Assembly: GCA_964057225.1 (NCBI GenBank)
Contig: OZ059897.1
Location: forward strand, 20,088,001-20,152,000
Direction of reading: 5' to 3'
DNA length: 64,000 bases
Source: Auanema rhodensis
Lineage: Eukaryota > Animalia > Nematoda
The translations under genes were made by a program, and so were the position numbers. The first letter of the stretch is position 1, and each line of letters starts with the position of its first letter. Under the pieces are notes generated by a model. That model was given only the letters and a program-made list of their open reading frames with translations, had not been told where the DNA came from and ran no database searches. Of the stretch, positions 39,001 to 55,000 are shown one piece after another.

Positions 39001-42000
39001 CGAGGATATAAGTGTGAACTTATATCAGTTGATATCTCGGTGCATTTTTAAGCTAGCGCAAATCTGATAACACAGATCGACGCAGCTTAAAAATCCGCAT
39101 CGAATGCACTATACTACATTGAGAAACGCTTAATACAAAAATTAGTTATGATCGTTTGAAAAATGATGCATTAGTGTATGTTGAGTTTCCATGTACACTC
39201 AACATTGCTTCCAAAAACATTTTGACAAAAATTTTTTCGAAAAATTTCAAGATAATTTAGCAAAAAGTAGATGTTCTTAGATTCCTTTGTTCAAGGCAAA
39301 GACGATGGACAATGTTATTCAACGAAAAAATTATTTCTTCAGGGTGAAAATCGAGGATATAAGTGTGAACTTATATCAGTTGATATCTCGGTGCATTTTC
39401 AAGCTAGCGCAAATCTGATAACACAGATCGACGCAGCTTAAAAATCCGCATCGAATGCACTATACTACATTGAGAAACGCTTAATACAAAAATTAGTTAT
39501 GATCGTTTGAAAAATGATGCATTAGTGTATGTTGAGTTTCCATGTACACTCAACATTGCTTCCAAAAACATTTTGACAAAAATTTTTTCGAAAAATTTCA
39601 AGATAATTTAGCAAAAAGTAGATGTTTTTAGATTCCTTTTTTCAAGGCAAAGACGATGGACAATGTTATTCAACGAAAAAATTAATTCTTCAGGGTGAAA
39701 ATCGAGGATATAAGTGTGAACTTATATCAGTTGATATCTCGGTACATTTTTAAGCTAGCGCAAATCTGATAACACAGATCGACGCAGCTTAAAAATCCGC
39801 ATCGAATGCACTATACTACATGGAAGAACGCTTAATACAAAAATTAGTTATGATCGTTTGAAAAATGATGCATTAGTGTATGTTGAGTTTCCATGTACAC
39901 TCAACATTGCTTCCAAAAACATTTTGACAAAAATTTTTTCGAAAAATTTCAAAATAGATTAGCAAAAAGTAGATGTTTTTAGATTCCTTTTTTCAAGGCA
40001 AAGACGATGGACAATGTTATTCAACGAAAAAATTATTTCTTCAGGGTGAAAATCGAGGATATAAGTGTGAACTTATATCAGTTGATATCTCGGTGCATTT
40101 TTAAGCTAGCGCAAATCTGATAACACAGATCGACGCAGCTTAAAAATCCGCATCGAATGCACTATACTACATTGAGAAACGCTTAATACAAAAATTAGTT
40201 ATGATCGTTTGAAAAATGATGCATTAGTGTATGTTGAGTTTCCATGTACACTCAACATTGCTTCCAAAAACATTTTGACAAAAATTTTTTCGAAAAATTT
40301 CAAGATAATTTAGCAAAAAGTAGATGTTTTTAGATTCCTTTTTTCAAGGCAAAGACGATGGACAATGTTATTCAACGAAAAAATTAATTCTTCAGGGTGA
40401 AAATCGAGGATATAAGTGTGAACTTATATCAGTTGATATCTCGGTACATTTTTAAGCTAGCGCAAATCTGATAACACAGATCGACGCAGCTTAAAAATCC
40501 GCATCGAATGCACTATACTACATGGAAGAACGCTTAATACAAAAATTAGTTATGATCGTTTGAAAAATGATGCATTAGTGTATGTTGAGTTTCCATGTAC
40601 ACTCAACATTGCTTCCAAAAACATTTTGACAAAAATTTTTTCGAAAAATTTCAAAATAGATTAGCAAAAAGTAGATGTTTTTAGATTCCTTTTTTCAAGG
40701 CAAAGACGATGGACAATGTTATTCAACGAAAAAATTATTTCTTCAGGGTGAAAATCGAGGATATAAGTGTGAACTTATATCAGTTGATATCTCGGTGCAT
40801 TTTTAAGCTAGCGCAAATCTGATAACACAGATCGACGCAGCTTAAAAATCCGCATTGAATGCACTATACTACATTGAGAAACGCTTAATACAAAAATTAG
40901 TTATGATCGTTTGAAAAATGATGCATTAGTGTATGTTGAGTTTCCATGTACACTCAACATTGCTTCCAAAAACATTTTGACAAAAATTTTTTCGAAAAAT
41001 TTCAAAATAATTTAGCAAAAAGTAGATGTTCTTAGATTCCTTTTTTCAAGGCAAAGACGATGAACAATGTTATTCAACGAAAAAATTATTTCTTCAGGGT
41101 GAAAATCGAGGATATAAGTGTGAACTTATATCAGTTGATATCTCGGTGCATTTTTAAGCTAGCGCAAATCTGATAACACAGATCGACGCAGCTTAAAAAT
41201 CCGCATCGAATGCACTATACTACATTGAGAAACGCTTAATACAAAAATTAGTTATGATCGTTTGAAAAATGATGCATTAGTGTATGTTGAGTTTCCATGT
41301 ACACTCAACATTGCTTCCAAAAACATTTTGACAAAAATGTTTTCGAAAAATTTCAAAATAATTTAGCAAAAAGTAGATGTTCTTAGATTCCTTTTTTCAA
41401 GGCAAAGACGATGAACAATGTTATTCAACGAAAAAATTATTTCTTCAGGGTGAAAATCGAGGATATAAGTGTGAACTTATATCAGTTGATATCTCGGTGC
41501 ATTTTTAAGCTAGCGCAAATCTGATAACACAGATCGACGCAGCTTAAAAATCCGCATCGAATGGACTATACTACATTGAGAAACGCTTAATACAAAAATT
41601 AGTTATGATCGTTTGAAAAATGATGCATTAGTGTATGTTGAGTTTCCATGTACACTCAACATTGCTTCCAAAAACATTTTGACAAAAATTTTTTCGAAAA
41701 ATTTCAAAATAATTTAGCAAAAAGTAGATGTTTTTAGATTCCTTTTTTCAAGGCAAAGACGATGGACAATGTTATTTAACGAAAAAATTAATTCTTCAGG
41801 GTGAAAATCGAGGATATAAGTGTGAACTTATATCAGTTGATATCTCGGTACATTTTTAAGCTAGCGCAAATCTGATAACACAGATCGACGCAGCTTAAAA
41901 ATCCGCATCGAATGCACTATACTACATGAAAGAACGCTTAATACAAAAATTAGTTATGATCGTTTGAAAAATGATGCATTAGTGTATGTTGAGTTTCCAT

Positions 42001-45000
42001 GTACACTCAACATTGCTTCCAAAAACATTTTGACAAAAATTTTTTCGAAAAATTTCAAAATAATTTAGCAAAAAGTAGATGTTTTTAGATTCCTTTTTTC
42101 AAGGCGAAGACGATGGACAATGTTATTCAACAAAAAAATTGTTTCTTCAGGGTGAAAATCGAGGATATAAGTGTGAACTTATATCAGTTGATATATCGGT
42201 GCATTTTTAAGCTAGCGCAAATCTGATAACACAGATCGACGCAGCTTAAAAATCCGCATCGAATGCACTATACTACATTAAGAAACGCTTAATACAAAAA
42301 TTAGTTATGATCGTTTGAAAAATGATGCATTAGTGTATGTTGAGTTTCCATGTACACTCAACATTGCTTCCAAAAACATTTTGACAAAAATTTTTTCGAA
42401 AAATTTCAAAATAATTTAGCAAAAAGTAGATGTTTTTAGATTCCTTTTTTCAAGGCGAAGACGATGGACAATGTTATTCAACAAAAAAATTATTTCTTCA
42501 GGGTGAAAATCGAGGATATAAGTGTGAACTTATATCAGTTGATATATCGGTGCATTTTTAAGCTAGCGCAAATCTGATAACACAGATCGACGCAGCTTAA
42601 AAATCCGCATCGAATGCACTATACTACATTAAGAAACGCTTAATACAAAAACTAGTTATGATCGTTTGAAAAATGATGCATTAGTGTATGTTGAGTTTCC
42701 ATGTACACTCAACATTGCTTCCAAAAACATTTTGACAAAAATTTTTTCGAAAAATTTCAAAATAATTTAGCAAAAAGTAGATGTTTTTAGATTCCTTTTT
42801 TCAAGGCGAAGACGATGGACAATGTTATTCAACAAAAAAATTATTTCTTCAGGGTGAAAATCGAGGATATAAGTGTGAACTTATATCAGTTGATATCTCG
42901 GTACATTTTTAAGCTAGCGCAAATCTGATAACACAGATCGACGCAGCTTAAAAATCCGCATCGAATGCACTATACTACATTGAGAAACGCTTAATACAAA
43001 AATTAGTTATGATCGTTTGAAAAATGATGCATTAGTGTATGTTGAGTTTCCATGTACACTCAACATTGCTTCCAAAAACATTTTGACAAAAATTTTTTCG
43101 AAAAATTTCAAAATAATTTAGCAAAAAGTAGATGTTTTTAGATTTCTTTTTTTCAAGGCAAAGACGATGGACAATGTTATTCAACGAAAAAATTATTTCT
43201 TCAGGGTGAAAATCGAGGATATAAGTGTGAACTTATATCAGTTGATATATCGGTGCATTTTTAAGCTAGCGCAAATCTGATAACACAGATCGACGCAGCT
43301 TAAAAATCCGCATCGAATGCACTCAACTACATTAAGAAACGCTTAATACAAAAATTAGTTATGATCGTTTGAAAAATGATGCATTAGTGTATGTTGAGTT
43401 TCCATGTACACTCAACATTGCTTCCAAAAACATTTTGACAAAAATTTTTTCGAAAAATTTCAAAATAATTTAGCAAAAAGTAGATGTTTTTAGATTCTAT
43501 TTTTCAAGGCAAAGACGATGGACAATGTTATTCAACGAAAAAATTATTTCTTCAGGGTGAAAATCGAGGATATAAGTGTGAACTTATATCAGTTGATATC
43601 TCGGTGCATTTTTAAGCTAGCGCAAATCTGATAACACAGATCGACGCAGCTTAAAAATCCGCATCGAATGCACTATACTACATTGAGAAACGCTTAATAC
43701 AAAAATTAGTTATGATCGTTTGAAAAATGATGCATTAGTGTATGTTGAGTTTCCATGTACACTCAACATTGCTTCCAAAAACATTTTGACAAAAATTTTT
43801 TCGAAAAATTTCAAAATAATTTAGCAAAAAGTAGATGTTTTTAGATTCCTTTTTTCAAGGCAAAGACGATGGACAATGTTATTTAACGAAAAAATTAATT
43901 CTTCAGGGTGAAAATCGAGGATATAAGTGTGAACTTATATCAGTTGATATCTCGGTACATTTTTAAGCTAGCGCAAATCTGATAACACAGATCGACGCAG
44001 CTTAAAAATCCGCATCGAATGCACTATACTACATGGAAGAACGCTTAATACAAAAATTAGTTATGATCGTTTGAAAAATGATGCATTAGTGTATGTTGAG
44101 TTTCCATGTACACTCAACATTGCTTCCAAAAACATTTTGACAAAAATTTTTTCGAAAAATTTCAAAATAATTTAGCAAAAAGTAGATGTTTTTAGATTCC
44201 TTTTTTCAAGGCGAAGACGATGGACAATGTTATTCAACAAAAAAATTATTTCTTCAGGGTGAAAATCGAGGATATAAGTGTGAACTTATATCAGTTGATA
44301 TATCGGTGCATTTTTAAGCTAGCGCAAATCTGATAACACAGATCGACGCAGCTTAAAAATCCGCATCGAATGCACTATACTACATTAAGAAACGCTTAAT
44401 ACAAAAATTAGTTATGATCGTTTGAAAAATGATGCATTAGTGTATGTTGAGTTTCCATGTACACTCAACATTGCTTCCAAAAACATTTTGACAAAAATTT
44501 TTTCGAAAAATTTCAAAATAATTTAGCAAAAAGTAGATGTTTTTAGATTCCTTTTTTCAAGGCGAAGACGATGGACAATGTTATTCAACGAAAAAATTAA
44601 TTCTTCAGGGTGAAAATCGAGGATATAAGTGTGAACTTATATCAGTTGATATCTCGGTACATTTTTAAGCTAGCGCAAATCTGATAACACAGATCGACGC
44701 AGCTTAAAAATCCGCATCGAATGCACTATACTACATGGAAGAACGCTTAATACAAAAACTAGTTATGATCGTTTGAAAAATGATGCATTAGTGTATGTTG
44801 AGTTTCCATGTACACTCAACATTGCTTCCAAAAACATTTTGACAAAAATTTTTTCGAAAAATTTCAAAATAATTTAGCAAAAAGTAGATGTTTTTAGATT
44901 CCTTTTTTCAAGGCGAAGACGATGGACAATGTTATTCAACAAAAAAATTATTTCTTCAGGGTGAAAATCGAGGATATAAGTGTGAACTTATATCAGTTGA

Positions 45001-48000
45001 TATATCGGTGCATTTTTAAGCTAGCGCAAATCTGATAACACAGATCGACGCAGCTTAAAAATCCGCATCGAATGCACTATACTACATTAAGAAACGCTTA
45101 ATACAAAAATTAGTTATGATCGTTTGAAAAATGATGCATTAGTGTATGTTGAGTTTCCATGTACACTCAACATTGCTTCCAAAAACATTTTGACAAAAAT
45201 TTTTTCGAAAAATTTCAAAATAATTTAGCAAAAAGTAGATGTTTTTAGATTCCTTTTTTCAAGGCAAAGACGATGGACAATGTTATTCAACAAAAAAATT
45301 ATTTCTTCAGGGTGAAAATCGAGGATATAAGTGTGAACTTATATCAGTTGATATATCGGTGCATTTTTAAGCTAGCGCAAATCTGATAACACAGATCGAC
45401 GCAGCTTAAAAATCCGCATCGAATGCACTATACTACATTAAGAAACGCTTAATACAAAAATTAGTTATGATCGTTTGAAAAATGATGCATTAGTGTATGT
45501 TGAGTTTCCATGTACACTCAACATTGCTTCCAAAAACATTTTGACAAAAATTTTTTCGAAAAATTTCAAAATAATTTAGCAAAAAGTAGATGTTTTTAGA
45601 TTCCTTTTTTCAAGGCGAAGACGATGGACAATGTTATTCAACGAAAAAATTAATTCTTCAGGGTGAAAATCGAGGATATAAGTGTGAACTTATATCAGTT
45701 GATATCTCGGTACATTTTTAAGCTAGCGCAAATCTGATAACACAGATCGACGCAGCTTAAAAATCCGCATCGAATGCACTATACTACATGGAAGAACGCT
45801 TAATACAAAAATTAGTTATGATCGTTTGAAAAATGATGCATTAGTGTATGTTGAGTTTCCATGTACACTCAACATTGCTTCCAAAAACATTTTGACAAAA
45901 ATTTTTTCGAAAAATTTCAAAATAATTTAGCAAAAAGTAGATGTTTTTAGATTCCTTTTTTCAAGGCGAAGACGATGGACAATGTTATTCAACGAAAAAA
46001 TTAATTCTTCAGGGTGAAAATCGAGGATATAAGTGTGAACTTATATCAGTTGATATCTCGGTACATTTTTAAGCTAGCGCAAATCTGATAACACAGATCG
46101 ACGCAGCTTAAAAATCCGCATCGAATGCACTATACTACATGGAAGAACGCTTAATACAAAAATTAGTTATGATCGTTTGAAAAATGATGCATTAGTGTAT
46201 GTTGAGTTTCCATGTACACTCAACATTGCTTCCAAAAACATTTTGACAAAAATTTTTTCGAAAAATTTCAAAATAATTTAGCAAAAAGTAGATGTTTTTA
46301 GATTCCTTTTTTCAAGGCAAAGACGATGGACAATGTTATTCATCGAAAAAATTATATCTTCAGGGTGAAAATCGAGGATATAAGTGTGAACTTATATCAG
46401 TTGATATATCGGTGCATTTTTAAGCTAGCGCAAATCTGATAACACAGATCGACGCAGCTTAAAAATCCGCATCGAATGCACTATACTACATTAAGAAACG
46501 CTTAATACAAAAATTAGTTATGATCGTTTGAAAAATCATGCATTAGTGTATGTTGAGTTTCCATGTACACTCAACATTGCTTCCAAAAACATTTTGACAA
46601 AAATTTTTTCGAAAAATTTCAAAATAATTTAGCAAAAAGTAGATGTTTTTAGATTCCTTTTTTCAAGGCAAAGACGATGGACAATGTTATTCAACGAAAA
46701 AATTATTTCTTCAGGGTGAAAATCGAGGATATAAGTGTGAACTTATATCAGTTGATATCTCGGTACATTTTTAAGCTAGCGCAAATCTGATAACACAGAT
46801 CGACGCAGCTTAAAAATCCGCATCGAATGCACTATACTACATGGAAGAACGCTTAATACAAAAATTAGTTATGATCGTTTGAAAAATGATGCATTAGTGT
46901 ATGTTGAGTTTCCATGTACACTCAACATTGCTTCCAAAAACATTTTGACAAAAATTTTTTCGAAAAATTTCAATATAATTTAGCAAAAAGTAGATGTTTT
47001 TAGATTCCTTTTTTCAAGGCAAAGACGATGGACAATGTTATTCAACGAAAAAATTATTTCTTCAGGGTGAAAATCGAGGATATAAGTGTGAACTTATATC
47101 AGTTGATATCTCGGTACATTTTTAAGCTAGCGCAAATCTGATAACACAGATCGACGCAGCTCAAAAATCCGTACGAATGCACTATACTATATTGAGAAAC
47201 GCTTAATACAAAAATTAGTTATGATCGTTTGAAAAATGATGCATTAGTGTATGTTGAGTTTCCATGTACACTCAACATTGCTTCCAAAAACATTTTGACA
47301 AAAATTTTTTCGAAAAATTTCAAAATAATTTAGCAAAAAGTAGATGTTTTTAGATTCCTTTTTTCAAGGCAAAGACGATGGACAATGTTATTTAACGAAA
47401 AAATTAATTCTTCAGGGTGAAAATCGAGGATTTAAGTGTGAACTTATATCAGTTGATATCTCGGTGCATTTTTAAGCTAGCGCAAATCTGATAACACAGA
47501 TCGACGCAACTCAAAAATCCGTACGAATGCACTTTACTATATTGAGAAACGCTTAATACAAAAATTAGTTATGATCGTTTGAAAAATGATGCATTAGAGT
47601 ATGTTGAGTTTCCATGTACACTCAACATTGCTTCCAAAAACATTTTGACAAAAATTTTTTCGAAAAATTTCAAAATAATTTAGCAAAAAGTAGATGTTTT
47701 TAGATTCCTTTTTTCAAGGCAAAGACGATGGACAATGTTATTTAACGAAAAAATTAATTCTTCAGGGTGAAAATCGAGGATATAAGTGTAAACTTATATC
47801 AGTTGATATCTCGGTGCATTTTTAAGCTAGCGCAAATCTGATAACACAGATCGACGCAGCTTAAAAATCCGCATCGAATGCACTATACTACATTGAGAAA
47901 CGCTTAATACAAAAATTAGTTATGATCGTTTGAAAAATGATGCATTAGTGTATGTTGAGTTTCCATGTACACTCAACATTGCTTCCAAAAACATTTTGAC

Positions 48001-49076
48001 AAAAATTTTTTCGAAAAATTTCAAAATAATTTAGCAAAAAGTAGATGTTTTTAGATTTCTTTTTTTCAAGGCAAAGACGATGGACAATGTTATTCAACGA
48101 AAAAATTATTTCTTCAGGGTGAAAATCGAGGATATAAGTGTGAACTTATATCAGTTGATATATCGGTGCATTTTTAAGCTAGCGCAAATCTGATAACACA
48201 GATCGACGCAGCTTAAAAATCCGCATCGAATGCACTATACTACATTAAGAAACGCTTAATACAAAAATTAGTTATGATCGTTTGAAAAATGATGCATTAG
48301 TGTATGTTGAGTTTCCATGTACACTCAACATTGCTTCCAAAAACATTTTGACAAAAATTTTTTCGAAAAATTTCAAAATAATTTAGCAAAAAGTAGATGT
48401 TTTTAGATTCCTTTTTTCAAGGCAAAGACGATGGACAATGTTATTCAACGAAAAAATTATTTCTTCAGGGTGAAAATCGAGGATATAAGTGTGAACTTAT
48501 ATCAGTTGATATCTCGGTGCATTTTTAAGCTAGCGCAAATCTGATAACACAGATCGACGCAGCTTAAAAATCCGCATCGAATGCACTATACTACATTGAG
48601 AAACGCTTAATACAAAAATTAGTTATGATCGTTTGAAAAATGATGCATTAGTGTATGTTGAGTTTCCATGTACACTCAACATTGCTTCCAAAAACATTTT
48701 GACAAAAATTTTTTCGAAAAATTTCAAAATAATTTAGCAAAAAGTAGATGTTTTTAGATTCCTTTTTTCAAGGCAAAGACGATGGACAATGTTATTTAAC
48801 GAAAAAATTAATTCTTCAGGGTGAAAATCGAGGATATAAGTGTGAACTTATATCAGTTGATATCTCGGTACATTTTTAAGCTAGCGCAAATCTGATAACA
48901 CAGATCGACGCAGCTTAAAAATCCGCATCGAATGCACTATACTACATGGAAGAACGCTTAATACAAAAATTAGTTATGATCGTTTGAAAAATGATGCATT
49001 AGTGTATGTTGAGTTTCCATGTACACTCAACATTGCTTCCAAAAACATTTTGACAAAAATTTTTTCGAAAAATTTC

Positions 49077-52000
49077 GAAATAATTTAGCAAAAAGTAGAT
49101 GTTTTTAGATTCCTTTTTTCAAGGCGAAGACGATGGACAATGTTATCCAACGAAAAAATTAATTCTTCAGGGTGAAAATCGAGGATATAAGTGTGAACTT
49201 ATATCAGTTGATATCTCGGTACATTTTTAAGCTAGCGCAAATCTGATAACACAGATCGACGCAGCTTAAAAATCCGCATCGAATGCACTATACTACATGG
49301 AAGAACGCTTAATACAAAAATTAGTTATGATCGTTTGAAAAATGATGCATTAGTGTATGTTGAGTTTCCATGTACACTCAACATTGCTTCCAAAAACATT
49401 TTGACAAAAATTTTTTCGAAAAATTTCAAAATAATTTAGCAAAAAGTAGATGTTTTTAGATTCCTTTTTTCAAGGCAAAGACGATGGACAATGTTATTCA
49501 TCGAAAAAATTATATCTTCAGGGTGAAAATCGAGGATATAAGTGTGAACTTATATCAGTTGATATATCGGTGCATTTTTAAGCTAGCGCAAATCTGATAA
49601 CACAGATCGACGCAGCTTAAAAATCCGCATCGAATGCACTCAACTACATTAAGAAACGCTTAATACAAAAATTAGTTATGATCGTTTGAAAAATGATGCA
49701 TTAGTGTATGTTGAGTTTCCATGTACACTCAACATTGCTTCCAAAAACATTTTGACAAAAATTTTTTCGAAAAATTTCAAAATAATTTAGCAAAAAGTAG
49801 ATGTTTTTAGATTCCTTTTTTCAAGGCAAAGACGATGGACAATGTTATTCAACGAAAAAATTATTTCTTCAGGGTGAAAATCGAGGATATAAGTGTGAAC
49901 TTATATCAGTTGATATCTCGGTGCATTTTTAAGCTAGCGCAAATCTGATAACACAGATCGACGCAGCTTAAAAATCCGCATCGAATGCACTATACTACAT
50001 TGAGAAACGCTTAATACAAAAATTAGTTATGATCGTTTGAAAAATGATGCATTAGTGTATGTTGAGTTTCCATGTACACTCAACATTGCTTCCAAAAACA
50101 TTTTGACAAAAATTTTTTCGAAAAATTTCAAAATAATTTAGCAAAAAGTAGATGTTTTTAGATTCCTTTTTTCAAGGCAAAGACGATGGACAATGTTATT
50201 TAACAAAAAAATCAATTCTTCAGGGTGAAAATCGAGGATATAAGTGTGAACTTATATCAGTTGATATCTCGGTACATTTTTAAGCTAGCGCAAATCTGAT
50301 AACACAGATCGACGCAGCTTAAAAATCCGCATCGAATGCACTATACTACATTGAGAAACGCTTAATACAAAAATTAGTTATGATCGTTTGAAAAATGATG
50401 CATTAGTGTATGTTGAGTTTCCATGTACACTCAACATTGCTTCCAAAAACATTTTGACAAAAATTTTTTCGAAAAATTTCAAAATAATTTAGCAAAAAGT
50501 AGATGTTTTTAGATTTCTTTTTTTCAAGGCAAAGACGATGGACAATGTTATTCAACGAAAAAATTATTTCTTCAGGGTGAAAATCGAGGATATAAGTGTG
50601 AACTTATATCAGTTGATATATCGGTGCATTTTTAAGCTAGCGCAAATCTGATAACACAGATCGACGCAGCTTAAAAATCCGCATCGAATGCACTCAACTA
50701 CATTAAGAAACGCTCAATACAAAAATTAGTTATGATCGTTTGAAAAATGATGCATTAGTGTATGTTGAGTTTCCATGTACACTCAACATTGCTTCCAAAA
50801 ACATTTTGACAAAAATTTTTTCGAAAAATTTCAAAATAATTTAGCAAAAAGTAGATGTTTTTAGATTCCTTTTTTCAAGGCAAAGACGATGGACAATGTT
50901 ATTCAACGAAAAAATTATTTCTTCAGGGTGAAAATCGAGGATATAAGTGTGAACTTATATCAATTGATATCTCGGTGCATTTTTAAGCTAGCGCAAATCT
51001 GATAACACAGATCGACGCAGCTTAAAAATCCGCATCGAATGCACTATACTACATTGAGAAACGCTTAATACAAAAATTAGTTATGATCGTTTGAAAAATG
51101 ATGCATTAGTGTATGTTGAGTTTCCATGTACACTCAACATTGCTTCCAAAAACATTTTGACAAAAATTTTTTCGAAAAATTTCAAAATAATTTAGCAAAA
51201 AGTAGATGTTTTTAGATTCCTTTTTTCAAGGCAAAGACGATGGACAATGTTATTTAACGAAAAAATTAATTCTTCAGGGTGAAAATCGAGGATATAAGTG
51301 TGAACTTATATCAGTTGATATCTCGGTACATTTTTAAGCTAGCGCAAATCTGATAACACAGATCGACGCAGCTTAAAAATCCGCATCGAATGCACTATAC
51401 TACATGGAAGAACGCTTAATACAAAAATTAGTTATGATCGTTTGAAAAATGATGCATTAGTGTATGTTGAGTTTCCATGTACACTCAACATTGCTTCCAA
51501 AAACATTTTGACAAAAATTTTTTCGAAAAATTTCAAAATAATTTAGCAAAAAGTAGATGTTTTTAGATTCCTTTTTTCAAGGCGAAGACGATGGACAATG
51601 TTATCCAACGAAAAAATTAATTCTTCAGGGTGAAAATCGAGGATATAAGTGTGAACTTATATCAGTTGATATCTCGGTACATTTTTAAGCTAGCGCAAAT
51701 CTGATAACACAGATCGACGCAGCTTAAAAATCCGCATCGAATGCACTATACTACTTGGAAGAACGCTTAATACAAAAATTAGTTATGATCGTTTGAAAAA
51801 TGATGCATTAGTGTATGTTGAGTTTCCATGTACACTCAACATTGCTTCCAAAAACATTTTGACAAAAATTTTTTCGAAAAATTTCAAAATAATTTAGCAA
51901 AAAGTAGATGTTTTTAGATTCCTTTTTTCAAGGCAAAGACGATGGACAATGTTATTCATCGAAAAAATTATATCTTCAGGGTGAAAATCGAGGATATAAG

Positions 52001-55000
52001 TGTGAACTTATATCAGTTGATATATCGGTGCATTTTTAAGCTAGCGCAAATCTGATAACACAGATCGACGCAGCTTAAAAATCCGCATCGAATGCACTAT
52101 ACTACATTAAGAAACGCTTAATACAAAAATTAGTTATGATCGTTTGAAAAATGATGCATTAGTGTATGTTGAGTTTCCATGTACACTCAACATTGCTTCC
52201 AAAAACATTTTGACAAAAATTTTTTCGAAAAATTTCAAAATAATTTAGCAAAAAGTAAATGTTTTTAGATTCCTTTTTTCAAGGCGAAGACGATGGACAA
52301 TGTTATCCAACGAAAAAATTAATTCTTCAGGGTGAAAATCGAGGATATAAGTGTGAACTTATATCAGTTGATATCTCGGTACATTTTTAAGCTAGCGCAA
52401 ATCTGATAACACAGATCGACGCAGCTTAAAAATCCGCATCGAATGCACTATACTACATTAAGAAACGCTTAATACAAAAATTAGTTATGATTGTTTGAAA
52501 AATGATGCATTAGTGTATGTTGAGTTTCCATGTACACTCAACATTGCTTCCAAAAACATTTTGACAAAAATTTTTTCGAAAAATTTCAAAATAATTTAGC
52601 AAAAAGTAGATGTTTTTAGATTCCTTTTTTTAAGGCGAAGACGATGGACAATGTTATCCAACGAAAAAATTAATTCTTCAGGGTGAAAATCGAGGATATA
52701 AGTGTGAACTTATATCAGTTGATATCTCGGTACATTTTTAAGCTAGCGCAAATCTGATAACACAGATCGACGCAGCTTAAAAATCCGCATCGAATGCACT
52801 ATACTACATGGAAGAACGCTTAATACAAAAATTAGTTATGATCGTTTGAAAAATGATGCATTAGTGTATGTTGAGTTTCCATGTACACTCAACATTGCTT
52901 CCAAAAACATTTTGACAAAAATTTTTTCGAAAAATTTCAAAATAATTTAGCAAAAAGTAGATGTTTTTAGATTCCTTTTTTCAAGGCGAAGACGATGGAC
53001 AATGTTATCCAACGAAAAAATTAATTCTTCAGGGTGAAAATCGAGGATATAAGTGTGAACTTATATCAGTTGATATCTCGGTACATTTTTAAGCTAGCGC
53101 AAATCTGATAACACAGATCGACGCAGCTTAAAAATCCGCATCGAATGCACTATACTACATGGAAGAACGCTTAATACAAAAATTAGTTATGATTGTTTGA
53201 AAAATGATGCATTAGTGTATGTTGAGTTTCCATGTACACTCAACATTGCTTCCAAAAACATTTTGACAAAAATTTTTTCGAAAAATTTCAAAATAATTTA
53301 GCAAAAAGTAGATGTTTTTAGATTCCTTTTTTTAAGGCGAAGACGATGGACAATGTTATGCAACGAAAAAATTATTTCTTCAGGGTGAAAATCGAGGATA
53401 TAAGTGTGAACTTATATCAGTTGATATCTCGGTACATTTTTAAGCTAGCGCAAATCTGATAACACAGATCGACGCAGCTTAAAAATCCGCATCGAATGCA
53501 CTATACTACATTGAGAAACGCTTAATACAAAAATTAGTTATGATCGTTTGAAAAATGATGCATTAGTGTATGTTGAGTTTCCATGTACACTCAACATTGC
53601 TTCCAAAAACATTTTGACAAAAATTTTTTCGAAAAATTTCGAAATAATTTAGCAAAAAGTAGATGTTTTTAGATTCCTTTTTTCAAGGCGAAGACGATGG
53701 ACAATGTTATCCAACGAAAAAATTAATTCTTCAGGGTGAAAATCGAGGATATAAGTGTGAACTTATATCAGTTGATATCTCGGTACATTTTTAAGCTAGC
53801 GCAAATCTGATAACACAGATCGACGCAGCTTAAAAATCCGCATCGAATGCACTATACTACATGGAAGAACGCTTAATACAAAAATTAGTTATGATCGTTT
53901 GAAAAATGATGCATTAGTGTATGTTGAGTTTCCATGTACACTCAACATTGCTTCCAAAAACATTTTGACAAAAATTTTTTCGAAAAATTTCAAAATAATT
54001 TAGCAAAAAGTAGATGTTTTTAGATTCCTTTTTTCAAGGCAAAGACGATGGACAATGTTATTCATCGAAAAAATTATATCTTCAGGGTGAAAATCGAGGA
54101 TATAAGTGTGAACTTATATCAGTTGATATATCGGTGCATTTTTAAGCTAGCGCAAATCTGATAACACAGATCGACGCAGCTTAAAAATCCGCATCGAATG
54201 CACTCAACTACATTAAGAAACGCTTAATACAAAAATTAGTTATGATCGTTTGAAAAATGATGCATTAGTGTATGTTGAGTTTCCATGTACACTCAACATT
54301 GCTTCCAAAAACATTTTGACAAAAATTTTTTCGAAAAATTTCAAAATAATTTAGCAAAAAGTAGATGTTTTTAGATTCCTTTTTTCAAGGCAAAGACGAT
54401 GGACAATGTTATTCAACGAAAAAATTATTTCTTCAGGGTGAAAATCGAGGATATAAGTGTGAACTTATATCAGTTGATATCTCGGTGCATTTTTAAGCTA
54501 GCGCAAATCTGATAACACAGATCGACGCAGCTTAAAAATCCGCATCGAATGCACTATACTACATTGAGAAACGCTTAATACAAAAATTAGTTATGATCGT
54601 TTGAAAAATGATGCATTAGTGTATGTTGAGTTTCCATGTACACTCAACATTGCTTCCAAAAACATTTTGACAAAAATTTTTTCGAAAAATTTCAAAATAA
54701 TTTAGCAAAAAGTAGATGTTTTTAGATTCCTTTTTTCAAGGCAAAGACGATGGACAATGTTATTTAACAAAAAAATCAATTCTTCAGGGTGAAAATCGAG
54801 GATATAAGTGTGAACTTATATCAGTTGATATCTCGGTACATTTTTAAGCTAGCGCAAATCTGATAACACAGATCGACGCAGCTTAAAAATCCGCATCGAA
54901 TGCACTATACTACATTGAGAAACGCTTAATACAAAAATTAGTTATGATCGTTTGAAAAATGATGCATTAGTGTATGTTGAGTTTCCATGTACACTCAACA

